Below are positions 49,944 through 59,002 of a stretch of DNA of 64,000 nt, piece by piece. This DNA comes from Escherichia coli. Lineage in GTDB: Bacteria; Pseudomonadota; Gammaproteobacteria; Enterobacterales; Enterobacteriaceae. The DNA lies in the NCBI RefSeq assembly GCF_024502345.1, contig NZ_JALDNN010000001.1, one strand, 5' to 3'. A model generated the notes under the pieces. The model worked only from the letters and a program-made list of their open reading frames with translations, was not told the origin of the DNA and did not search any database. Position 1 is the first letter of the stretch. Each line of letters begins with the position of its first letter. The position numbers and the translations under genes are program-made.

Positions 49944-50806
49944 ATCTACCCCATCTGGCCCAGCGATTATTTAACACCCCGCTGGCGCTGCACCCGAGTA
50001 AAGCCGAAGTCATCATGGCATCCGTAATGGACCGATTTGGTATCAGTAAAATCGAATCTTCTCTTGCCATGGAGGATGACTGGTACGGATATGACGATAA
50101 CCGGGGACGTGAATCCCGTAGTGATCCGGGTTATGACAATGTGCTGGGTGTCGCCGTCATCCCGATATGCGGAACGCTGGTGCAAAAACTGGGCAGTCTG
50201 CGTCCGTACAGTGGAATGACAGGGTATGACGGCATTCGTCAGGCGTTTCTTACTGCGATGGAAGATCCCGACATTTCGGGCATTTGCCTGGATATCGACT
50301 CACCCGGCGGCGAGGTCGCTGGATGCTTCGATCTGGTTGATGTCATTTACGGCTCCCGGGGGAAAAAGCCTATCCATGCCATTCTGACGGAAAGCGCTTA
50401 TTCCGCTGCGTATGCCATTGCCAGTGCAGCGGACCGGATTTCTGTTCCGCGCACCGGCGGAGTGGGTTCTGTGGGTGTGATCACCATGCACCTTGACTGG
50501 ACGCAGCGGATTAAAGATGACGGTCTTAAAGTTACGATCATCACCTATGGATCCCGCAAGGCTGAAGGTTCGCCGCTGAGAGAGTTGTCAGATGAAGCTC
50601 TGGCCGCCATCCAGCAGGACATTAACACCATGGGCGAATTGTTTGTGAACACTGTTGCCAGAAACCGGGGGATTAGCGCAAAGGTTATAAAAAGTACCCA
50701 GGCCGCCTGTTTTATGGCTGCTGATGGCGTTGAAATTGGACTGGCTGATGAGGTGTGTCCTCCTGACGCTGCGTTCAAAAACTTACTTGAAAAAACAGGA
50801 GCCTGA
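49940..50806 (+). CDS. head maturation protease (S49/ClpP-like, lambda gpC-like)
   Basis: GICLDIDSPGGEVAG ... ILTESAYSAAYAIASAADRI resembles SppA-type serine peptidase motifs. Confidence 0.8.
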   Translation: MNLPHLAQRLFNTPLALHPSKAEVIMASVMDRFGISKIESSLAMEDDWYGYDDNRGRESRSDPGYDNVLGVAVIPICGTLVQKLGSLRPYSGMTGYDGIRQAFLTAMEDPDISGICLDIDSPGGEVAGCFDLVDVIYGSRGKKPIHAILTESAYSAAYAIASAADRISVPRTGGVGSVGVITMHLDWTQRIKDDGLKVTIITYGSRKAEGSPLRELSDEALAAIQQDINTMGELFVNTVARNRGISAKVIKSTQAACFMAADGVEIGLADEVCPPDAAFKNLLEKTGA

Positions 50807-50807
50807 A

Positions 50808-51398
50808 ATGGCAAAGAAAAAGACGTTTAGTTTTGCTCACCTCATTGGTCTTGGCCCTTCCGCTTCTGAGGAAGAAGAGGATAAAAAAGCCAAAAAAGCG
50901 AAAGCCCGTCGCGCGGAAGAGGACGAGCGCGAAGATGATGCCGATGATGATGAGCGCGACGACGACGCGGAAGAAGACGAACGCGACGATGATGCTGAAG
51001 ATGACGGCGATGATCCGGATGCGTCAGAAGATGATGATTCTGAAGACGACGGCGACGACGATCGCAAAGAGAGTAAGGCGGTAAAAAATGCACGCGCTGC
51101 TGAGCGTAAACGCTGCGCCCGTATTTTCGGCAGTAAGCATGCAGCTGCGAATCCTTCACTGGCCGCGTCACTGGCTTTCAATACCGGGATGAGTTCTGCG
51201 GCAGCAATTAATGTCCTAGCCTCTTCGGCTCCGGCCGCAGCCGCATCTCAGCCATCCCGTAAACGCTCTCTCGATCAGCGTATGCAGGAAAGCCACCAGG
51301 TCCGGCTTAATCCGGATAGCGGACAGAAAGAGACCGGAAAGTCTGCGCTGGTAAGTAAAATGACCGGCCTCTACAACTCCACAAGAGGAGAGAAATAA
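50808..51398 (+). CDS. acidic low-complexity head protein (possible scaffold)
   Basis: aggag RBS; Asp/Glu-rich repeats (EDEREDDADDDERDDDAEEDERDDDAEDDGDD) then an Ala/Ser-rich tail; sits between protease and decoration/capsid genes. Confidence 0.5.
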   Translation: MAKKKTFSFAHLIGLGPSASEEEEDKKAKKAKARRAEEDEREDDADDDERDDDAEEDERDDDAEDDGDDPDASEDDDSEDDGDDDRKESKAVKNARAAERKRCARIFGSKHAAANPSLAASLAFNTGMSSAAAINVLASSAPAAAASQPSRKRSLDQRMQESHQVRLNPDSGQKETGKSALVSKMTGLYNSTRGEK

Positions 51399-51802
51399 TG
51401 GATCAGTTTGGTCAGAATGCGTTTGCGCCTGGCATGAAGAGCGCGCTGTTTGTTCCGGATCAGCTTGTCGCTGGCACGCTCCAGCTGGTGACTGACACCG
51501 GGATCATTACGGGCGGTGCCTTTAAGCGTGGTACTGTCCTGGGCCTGGTGGCTGCCAGCGGGAAATACACGCAATGTGTGAAAACGGCTGAAGATGGCAG
51601 TCAGTTACCCGTTGCTATTCTGGTTGATGATGTTGATGCATCGTCTTCCGATCAGAACGGCGGCCTGTATCTGATGGGGGAATTCAACCAGCACCGAATT
51701 ATTTTTGATAACTCCTGGACGACCGCTGACCTGAAAAAAGCGCTCCGACCGCTGGCTATCTTCCTGAAAGACAGTGACCAGGCACCTGTAACCACCTCCT
51801 GA
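51398..51802 (+). CDS. head decoration protein (gpD-like)
   Basis: 134-aa ORF immediately upstream of the major capsid gene. Confidence 0.55.
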   Translation: MDQFGQNAFAPGMKSALFVPDQLVAGTLQLVTDTGIITGGAFKRGTVLGLVAASGKYTQCVKTAEDGSQLPVAILVDDVDASSSDQNGGLYLMGEFNQHRIIFDNSWTTADLKKALRPLAIFLKDSDQAPVTTS

Positions 51803-51899
51803 TTTCCCCCACGGCTCTCCTGACGAATGCTTTAACCGGCAGGGGCTGGCTCGTTTAAATTTTTTGCCAGCTGCGGCTGGCACTATCAAGAGACTGAAT

Positions 51900-52949
51900 A
51901 TGGAAAATATTTTTGATACCAGCGTGCTGGTGCAGGTTGTTCCTAACCTGAAAACCAGTCAGAACTGGCTGCTCGATCGCTTCTTCCCGAATGTCGTGAC
52001 TTACGAGACTGAAGAAGTGGCGATTGATGTTGATGTCGGCCTGCGTCGTATGGCGCCGTTCGTCTCCCCGCTGGTGGAAGGTAAGCTGGTCGAATCCCGT
52101 AAATACCAGACCAATACCTTCAAACCGGCATACATCAAAGATAAGCGCGCGCCGGACCTGCGCAAACCTATCCGCCGCCAGATTGGTGAGCGTATTGGCG
52201 GGGAATATACCGCTGCCGAGCGCGAAATGCTGAACCTTCAGTTTGAAATGACTGACCAGATTGACATGATCAACCGTCGTCTGGAATGGATGGCGGCGAG
52301 TGCGCTGGTGTCTGGGACCGTAACCGTCGCCGGGGAGGGCTATGAAACTAAGGTGGTGGATTTCGGGCGTGCTTCGGATCTGACCATCACTCTTAGCGGC
52401 TCGGATAAATGGCCACTGACCGTTGCAGCTGGCGCTACCAATACCCAGCCATCAGATGACATTGAAATCTGGCAGACTACTTTCCTGAAAGAGTCCGGCT
52501 CTGTCGCCACGGATCTGGTCTTTACGAATAAGTCATGGCGTGCATTCCGACTGGATACCACCATCAAGGATAACGCCATTACATTCCCGGCGCTGAGCCC
52601 GTTTGGTAACCAGATTAACGCCGGCCCACAGGTAATGAAGGGCGCAATTTATAAAGGGCGCTGGGGTAACTTTGACCTCTGGTTATATAACGACTGGTTT
52701 ATTGACCCGCTGGACAACGTCGAGAAGCCTATGATCCCCGATGGCGCTGTCATTATGAGTGGTGCCGATCTGATGGGTACCCGCGCCTTTGGCGTTATCC
52801 TGGACCCGGCTTTCAACTACGGTCCGCTGGCTTATGCGCCAAAATCCTGGGTGAAAGAAGATCCAGCCCAGCGTCTTATCCTGATGCAATCCTCCCCGCT
52901 GGTAATTCCGAGCCGGGTAAATGCATCCCTCTGCGCAACGGTGGTCTGA
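51900..52949 (+). CDS. major capsid protein (lambda gpE-like)
   Basis: About 350 aa; LDRFFPN and MQSSPLVIPS resemble lambda gpE LRLFFRE and IQSAPLMLLA. Confidence 0.8.
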   Translation: MENIFDTSVLVQVVPNLKTSQNWLLDRFFPNVVTYETEEVAIDVDVGLRRMAPFVSPLVEGKLVESRKYQTNTFKPAYIKDKRAPDLRKPIRRQIGERIGGEYTAAEREMLNLQFEMTDQIDMINRRLEWMAASALVSGTVTVAGEGYETKVVDFGRASDLTITLSGSDKWPLTVAAGATNTQPSDDIEIWQTTFLKESGSVATDLVFTNKSWRAFRLDTTIKDNAITFPALSPFGNQINAGPQVMKGAIYKGRWGNFDLWLYNDWFIDPLDNVEKPMIPDGAVIMSGADLMGTRAFGVILDPAFNYGPLAYAPKSWVKEDPAQRLILMQSSPLVIPSRVNASLCATVV

Positions 52950-52950
52950 T

Positions 52951-53331
52951 ATGGCAAAACAACCTAATACCGGGCTGGCTGATGATCTGAATGCAGAAGG
53001 ATCTGCCAAAGACGGCCTGAGCGTTGACAACCTGAATGCTGGCGATAACACCCAGGAAAAACAGCCTTTGAGCAAAACAGATGATGCCGAATTGTCTGTT
53101 GATGACGATGGTGGTGACGAAAAATCCGGAGACACTGAATCGCAGGAGTATGTGGTGTTGAAAGGGAATTGCATTCGTCATGACGGGGAGATGTACCGCG
53201 AAAATATGCGCATCCCTGTAACCGGCAAAGATGCTGAGCGTCTTCTGCAGTCCGGCGTTATTGCTGATGTTGATGTGCTTCGTAAGCGAGTTCTTGCTTC
53301 TCAGCCATCAGTTTCAGTTACGACAGGGTAA
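52951..53331 (+). CDS. hypothetical head protein (FI-like position)
   Basis: About 126-aa acidic ORF after the capsid gene. Confidence 0.4.
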   Translation: MAKQPNTGLADDLNAEGSAKDGLSVDNLNAGDNTQEKQPLSKTDDAELSVDDDGGDEKSGDTESQEYVVLKGNCIRHDGEMYRENMRIPVTGKDAERLLQSGVIADVDVLRKRVLASQPSVSVTTG

Positions 53332-53335
53332 TGAC

Positions 53336-53695
53336 ATGGGCGTGGACTGGGATTCTCATCTTCTGAGTCCGCTGCATGATGTCTTTGGCGATGAGCACGA
53401 GTACCGTCCACGTAACGGTACTCCTTTTACAATTAACGGGATTTTTGACCGTGGTTATGCGCAGGTTGCTGAAAACCTTGATGGCGATTCAGAAATTAAC
53501 ACCTCCAGCCCGATGTTGGGTGTGCGCGATGCTGAATTTCGCAAGCTGGGTAAATCGCAACCTGCTGTATCTGACCGGGTATTTATAAAGACGGTCGGTG
53601 GTCACATCATCAATCAGTTATTTGTTGTGTCAAACGTCGAACCCGACAGTCATGGCGGATCTCGTCTTGTCCTCAATGTGGTAAAACCGCGATGA
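53336..53695 (+). CDS. head-tail connector/head completion protein (FII-like position)
   Basis: About 119-aa ORF by position in the head-to-tail transition. Confidence 0.4.
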   Translation: MGVDWDSHLLSPLHDVFGDEHEYRPRNGTPFTINGIFDRGYAQVAENLDGDSEINTSSPMLGVRDAEFRKLGKSQPAVSDRVFIKTVGGHIINQLFVVSNVEPDSHGGSRLVLNVVKPR

Positions 53696-54237
53696 ATTCA
53701 GCAGCGATACGGCAAATGGTTGTCACTGCACTAACCGGGACAACCAGCGCGGGCGACCGCGTATTCTCTCCACGCGACTGGTCAACTTCACCAGATATGT
53801 ATCCTGTGTTGTTGGTTCAGACGCCTTTTGAACAGAAAAAATCACAGGGGCGTAATACCCCTGCTTTTACCACCCTCACCACTGTCAGGATCACTGGGCG
53901 CGTTCAGGAGTATGACGGCGATACAGTGGATGATGGAGCCATGCGGGCAGAGCTGGCGCTTGAAAGCCTTCGCGAGCAGGTGGAGCGCGCGGTGATCAAC
54001 AGCTACGAACTGACGCGGAATATTCAGAAATACGCGGAAGTTCGTTCAACCATCAATGTTGATTCAGAAGGAGAGGCCCATATGGGGCAGCTTCTTTTCG
54101 AGATCGATATAGAGCATTACCAGGGGCCGGAAGATTTTTATCCTGTCCAGTCGGTTCCCCTTGAGGGCATGGATATTGCGGTCGACATGCCAGACGGCAC
54201 AGTTAAACCGGGTATCAGCCTCAATCTTCAGGAGTAA
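53692..54237 (+). CDS. putative tail completion/neck protein
   Basis: 181-aa ORF overlapping the neighbouring stop codon; by position. Confidence 0.4.
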   Translation: MNSAAIRQMVVTALTGTTSAGDRVFSPRDWSTSPDMYPVLLVQTPFEQKKSQGRNTPAFTTLTTVRITGRVQEYDGDTVDDGAMRAELALESLREQVERAVINSYELTRNIQKYAEVRSTINVDSEGEAHMGQLLFEIDIEHYQGPEDFYPVQSVPLEGMDIAVDMPDGTVKPGISLNLQE

Positions 54238-54240
54238 TCC

Positions 54241-54438
54241 ATGTTTGTTAAGCCGAACAACGGGCTCAGCGTTCGCTGCCCCGTCAAGGGCATCCCATTG
54301 CCTAAAGAGGGTGCTGAAGTACCTGACAATATTTTCTGGCGTCGCCGTCTGAGCGATGGGGACGTGATCCTCTCTAAAAAGGATGAGGGCGCGCCAGAGA
54401 AACAATCATTACCTAAAAAAGCGGGAGAAAATGAATGA
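54241..54438 (+). CDS. hypothetical small protein (65 aa)
   Basis: ORF immediately upstream of, and overlapping, the sheath gene. Confidence 0.3.
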   Translation: MFVKPNNGLSVRCPVKGIPLPKEGAEVPDNIFWRRRLSDGDVILSKKDEGAPEKQSLPKKAGENE

Positions 54439-55937
54439 CCGTACCTTTCGCTCGTGTTCCCGATAACCTGCGGGTAGGGCTTTTCTTCGTTGAGTTTGAT
54501 AACTCAATGGCGAATAACGCCACTGCCACGCAGCGCACCCTGCTTATCGGTGGGATGCTCAGTACCGGCTCAACCCTCCCTGGTATTCCGCAGCGAGTTT
54601 CCTCTTCGGATACCGTCGGTGAGCTGACAGGAAAAGGGGGAATTCTGCAGGCCATGATGGCGGCGTATCAGAAAAATGATACCGCAGCCGAAGTCTGGAT
54701 CCTGCCGCTGGAGGAAGACTCCGATTCCATGGTGGCTGCAACCGGCACCATTAGAGTGAGCAGCGCACCGACGGAAACCGGAGTGATCTCCCTTTATATT
54801 GCTGGTGAGCGCATTCAGTTGACCGTTGTAGCAACAGATACGGTGGCAGCGATCGCCACCTCTCTGGCCGCGGCGATTAACGCAAAAACCACGCTACCTG
54901 TAACCGCCAGTGCGACTACGGATACCGTAACCCTGACCGCGAAGAATCTTGGTGCTACGGGTAATGGGATCGACATTCGCCTGAACTTCCTCGGCTTACC
55001 TGGAGGCGAGTCCACACCTGCAGGCCTGGAACTGACGATTACTGCTATGTCTAACGGAGTCGGGGCTCCGGATATTACCGGCGAGCTGGCAAACCTGCAG
55101 GATCGGACATTCGATTTCATCATCAACCCTTACGACGATACAACCTCGTTGAATGTGATGAAGGAGTTCCTGTCAGACACTGGCGGTCGCTGGGCATGGG
55201 ACAAGCAGCTTTATGGCCATTCCTTTGGTACAACCACCGGGACTTACGCCCAGCTCGGTACCAAAGGTGAGCTGCGCAATAACCAGCATGAGACCCTGCT
55301 GGGCGTAAATAAATCGCCGTCCCCTTCCTGGGCATGGTCTGCAGCTTACACCGGCGCAGCTGCGGTGAGTCTGCGTAATGACCCCGGCCGCCCGCTACAG
55401 TCGCTCGCTGTTCAGGGGGTGCTTGCGCCAGAACTGCAGGATCGCTTTGAGCTGACCGAGCGTAACAATCTGCTGTACAGCGGCATTTCGACATTTACGG
55501 TCGATGACGATGGCACGGTGCGCATTGAAAACCTGATCACCACCTACCAGAAAAACAGCTATGGCGATGCAGATGACAGTTATCTGGAAGTGGAGACGCT
55601 GTTCAGCCTGATGTTTGTGACCCGCTACCTGCGCACAGCGGTGACCAGCAAGTTTGGCCGTATGAAGCTTGCTGCGGATGGAACCCGATTTGCACCTGGC
55701 GCGGCGATCGTCACGCCAAACATTATCAAGGCCGATCAGATTGCCGAGTACCAGACTCTGGTATGGAACGGTTATGCGCAGGATGCGGAGGCATTCGCAA
55801 AAAATATCATCGTCGAGCAGAACGCCAAAAATCCGAACCGCGTCGATGTGCTGTGGCCGGGAACCCTCATGAACCAGTTGCGCATTTTCGCGCTGCTCAA
55901 TCAGTTCCGCACTCGGGCTGAATCAACAGGAGCTTAA
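54435..55937 (+). CDS. contractile tail sheath protein (Mu gpL-like)
   Basis: 500-aa protein followed by a 123-aa tube-size gene, a frameshifted chaperone and the tape measure: the canonical myovirus order. Confidence 0.7.
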   Translation: MTVPFARVPDNLRVGLFFVEFDNSMANNATATQRTLLIGGMLSTGSTLPGIPQRVSSSDTVGELTGKGGILQAMMAAYQKNDTAAEVWILPLEEDSDSMVAATGTIRVSSAPTETGVISLYIAGERIQLTVVATDTVAAIATSLAAAINAKTTLPVTASATTDTVTLTAKNLGATGNGIDIRLNFLGLPGGESTPAGLELTITAMSNGVGAPDITGELANLQDRTFDFIINPYDDTTSLNVMKEFLSDTGGRWAWDKQLYGHSFGTTTGTYAQLGTKGELRNNQHETLLGVNKSPSPSWAWSAAYTGAAAVSLRNDPGRPLQSLAVQGVLAPELQDRFELTERNNLLYSGISTFTVDDDGTVRIENLITTYQKNSYGDADDSYLEVETLFSLMFVTRYLRTAVTSKFGRMKLAADGTRFAPGAAIVTPNIIKADQIAEYQTLVWNGYAQDAEAFAKNIIVEQNAKNPNRVDVLWPGTLMNQLRIFALLNQFRTRAESTGA

Positions 55938-55940
55938 ACG

Positions 55941-56312
55941 ATGGCAGGTGATACTACTAACCGCCTGGCGGGAACCGCCTATGTCACTGTTAACGGTGTG
56001 ACGGTAATGGTGGAGGGCTCGTTTAAATACCAGGCTGCCACCGTAAACCGTACCACCCTGACAGGGATGGATGGTGTGCACGGATATAAGGAAAAACCTG
56101 TGGCGCCATACATTTCTGCCCGACTGCGTGACAGTGGCGGAACGAATGTGCAGGGCTTTAACCAGCAGACGAACGTCAACGTGATCGCCGAGCTGGCTAA
56201 CGGGAAAACTATCATTGGCCGTTCACTCTGGACGGTCAACGTCCAGGAAGTGGAAAGCGAAGATGCAGTATTTGATGTTCGCTGGGAAGGCCGCGACGTA
56301 ACGGAGAACTAA
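55941..56312 (+). CDS. tail tube protein
   Basis: 123-aa ORF directly after the sheath. Confidence 0.65.
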   Translation: MAGDTTNRLAGTAYVTVNGVTVMVEGSFKYQAATVNRTTLTGMDGVHGYKEKPVAPYISARLRDSGGTNVQGFNQQTNVNVIAELANGKTIIGRSLWTVNVQEVESEDAVFDVRWEGRDVTEN

Positions 56313-56313
56313 G

Positions 56314-56741
56314 ATGGCTGAGATTGAACGCGTTAAAACCATTCCATTAACCGTAGCGCTGGATGATGCTGCGGAGAAGACCACTTATACGCAGCTGGAG
56401 CTGAAAGCACCCACGCTAAGCCAGGCTGAGCAGTTTTACGAGAAACAGGCTGCGTCAACGTCGCTCGCGGCGATGCGCCTGCTTATTGCGCTGGTTTCCG
56501 GTACGCGTGAAAGCGTACTGCAGCCGATGGATTTTCTCGACTTCCGTAAGTGTGAGGAGTATCTGCTCAGTTTTTTGACCTGGAAGCCCTGACAACCTGG
56601 CAGGAAATGGCCGCTGACGTCACCTTCTATTTCCGCTGGTCTGAGGACAGGGCGTGGGGAATGACCCGCGCCCGGCTGAAATGGTGGGTGGCGCAGGCAT
56701 CCCGGATAAACAAGCTTAGGAAACCTGAAGACGATGAGTAA
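56314..56741 (+). CDS. tail assembly chaperone with programmed -1 frameshift (short form ends 56592; extended form to 56741)
   Basis: Slippery heptamer T-TTT-TTG at 56571-56577 in frame X-XXY-YYZ; the -1 frame stays open for 56 codons and ends 5 nt inside the tape-measure ORF. Confidence 0.65.
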
Positions 56742-58662
56742 TTCTTTTGATTTTGAGCTGGTGGCCAGCGACCAGGTTAGCGAGGCTATAGACCGCATTA
56801 ATGAGGCTGTCCGTGACCTGGAGCCGAAGCTAGATAAAACTAAAGAAGGGCTCAAGTTAGGCGGTCAGGAAACAGCCGACGGACTGAGCGGTTTTATTTC
56901 TCGCCTCGAGAATATGTCGAAGAGCGCGCGGGATAACGTGCAGTTTATTGGCGACATGGTTCCCCCACTGAAAATGGTGGGGGAGCTCACGGGGAAGATG
57001 GGGGCGCTGGGGTTAGCCGGTGCTGCCGGCTACGGACTGAAACAGGTCGCTTATGGATTTCGGGAGGCATCCCGTCAGGCCTATAATCTTGATGTCTCGG
57101 CAAAAAATGCGGGAATGCGCGTTGACGATTTTACCCGACTTTCCGGGGCAATGCGTATTCTTGGGGCAGACAGCGAGAGCGCTAATGCATCAATAGAAGG
57201 TATTTTCAAAGCATTCAATGAGGCTGCCAGTGGTAAAAACGAGGGGGTTATGGCAGCGATGGCGCAAATTGGTGCTCAAATCCAAAAAAACAGCGATGGT
57301 TCAGTAAATACCCTTAAAACACTGGAGTCTATCGCAAAAATTTTTCCAACCTTGCGACCTGAACAGCAGAAGTCCGCCGCTGATGCACTTGGGCTGACGC
57401 CCGAATTGCTGGCGCTAATGCGTGACGGTGAGCGCATGAAAAAGCTGCTGGCGAAATCGGATGAATTTGGTCTGACTGTGGATCCGGCACTAAATCAGCA
57501 ATTGAGTGAAGTGAACGGCACTATGAATGAGCTCAGCGCATCCTGGGATGGTCTGTGGCAACGTTCAAAAAACAAGGCACTTAAGACCATTCTTTCGGAT
57601 GGTTCAGTCAAAGACGGCCTTGAAGGTGTTACCGATCTGTTCACTAATGGTGATTTTACTGGGCTGTCTCATGCTCTCGGTTTTATCAACAGCAATGATG
57701 CTGAGAAACTACGGCGCATTCAGAACGATAAGGAACTTTATAACAGCTTACCCCGCAGTGAACGTGGGCAGGTTGACGCGGGTTTCATGACTGATGCTGT
57801 AAGAAAGCGGTACGATGCGAATTACCGCGCGACCGATTCTGCGATTCAATTGCAGAATGACTTATCCGCTATCAGCCAGCCACAATCCAACGTTGCACGC
57901 GGCAATGTTCCTTACGGGGAAACAAGGAATAACGCAATTGGCTTCAGAAATAATAATCCCGGTAATTTGAGGGCTGCAGCAAACGCAACGGGTAAAAATG
58001 GCGGATTTTCTACCTTTGCGAATGATGCCGACGGAAGAGCTGCAATGGCGAGACAGCTGATGTTGTATGGTGACAGGGGGAATAATACTCTGGATGGGAT
58101 TATTCATACCTATGCTCCGCAATCAGAGAATAATACTCGTGCATATATTGATTCCGTATCAAAAAGTACTGGGTTTGGAGCGCAGCAGCGTATTAATCTC
58201 CACGATCCTGATGTGTTAAAAACACTGATGGCAGCAATGATTAAACATGAAAGCGGAGCACAGCCGTATACCGAAAATGAACTGAGCGATTCTGTCCGGA
58301 CGGCCATCATTGACGATCGGTGGAAGGGTTTACGTAGCCCGGAAGTTCTGGCTCAACAGCGATATGATATTATCTCAGGTTCGCAAACTGGAAATCGTGA
58401 CTCCAGCACTCTTAGTAACCCGAGTGATGAAACTGATATTCTCTCAGGCTCGCAGAACAGAAATCGGGAATCCATCATTCTGAGTGATACGGGTAAGAAA
58501 AGTGATGAAAGTGTACTCGGCGACAATCTGGCTAAGTCTCTTAAAGAGGCAATGTCAGAACAACCACTTAAGCTCGAAATCACAATGGTTAATGATAAGG
58601 GTGAGCGAAAAACCTATAATGCGGAAAATAATGGCAGAATAACAACGGCCATGAATTACTGA
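56734..58662 (+). CDS. tail tape measure protein
   Basis: 642-aa ORF directly after the frameshifted chaperone pair; helical Ala/Leu-rich N-terminal part. Confidence 0.7.
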   Translation: MSNSFDFELVASDQVSEAIDRINEAVRDLEPKLDKTKEGLKLGGQETADGLSGFISRLENMSKSARDNVQFIGDMVPPLKMVGELTGKMGALGLAGAAGYGLKQVAYGFREASRQAYNLDVSAKNAGMRVDDFTRLSGAMRILGADSESANASIEGIFKAFNEAASGKNEGVMAAMAQIGAQIQKNSDGSVNTLKTLESIAKIFPTLRPEQQKSAADALGLTPELLALMRDGERMKKLLAKSDEFGLTVDPALNQQLSEVNGTMNELSASWDGLWQRSKNKALKTILSDGSVKDGLEGVTDLFTNGDFTGLSHALGFINSNDAEKLRRIQNDKELYNSLPRSERGQVDAGFMTDAVRKRYDANYRATDSAIQLQNDLSAISQPQSNVARGNVPYGETRNNAIGFRNNNPGNLRAAANATGKNGGFSTFANDADGRAAMARQLMLYGDRGNNTLDGIIHTYAPQSENNTRAYIDSVSKSTGFGAQQRINLHDPDVLKTLMAAMIKHESGAQPYTENELSDSVRTAIIDDRWKGLRSPEVLAQQRYDIISGSQTGNRDSSTLSNPSDETDILSGSQNRNRESIILSDTGKKSDESVLGDNLAKSLKEAMSEQPLKLEITMVNDKGERKTYNAENNGRITTAMNY

Positions 58663-58967
58663 TCACTGTCGTCATTTCGTTAAGGAAGAAGTTATGAATG
58701 AAAAAGTTTTTGGAGCAAAAGCCATTTAGACTCCAAAGGTTTTTGCGCTTGTTTACCTGGTAATTGGCATTTTCCTCGTTTTTTCTGTTGTCTCAATGAA
58801 TTTCACGGCGATTACGATATCGGTGGTAAGTGCATTGCTTTTACGTGTGCTTTATGAGTTCCTAATGAACTCATTCAAGGCGACTGAGCATCTTTACAGG
58901 ATCGCCGAATCTCTTGACCGTAATGGATCCAGCGATAAATAGATAAGTCATTTCAGTGCATATGTAA

Positions 58968-58990
58968 ACCGCCGACATGGCGGTTTTTTT
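58968..58990 (+). terminator. intrinsic terminator inside the tail module
   Basis: accgcc-gacat-ggcggt hairpin followed by ttttttt. Confidence 0.6.
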
Positions 58991-59002
58991 ATTTCCGGAG
59001 GC

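Noticed and set aside
50837-51181. Ser-rich 114-aa and Arg/His-rich 109-aa ORFs on the minus strand
   Set aside because: Mirror images of the GA-rich acidic repeat coding sequence on the plus strand; no start context and antisense to an operon-embedded gene.
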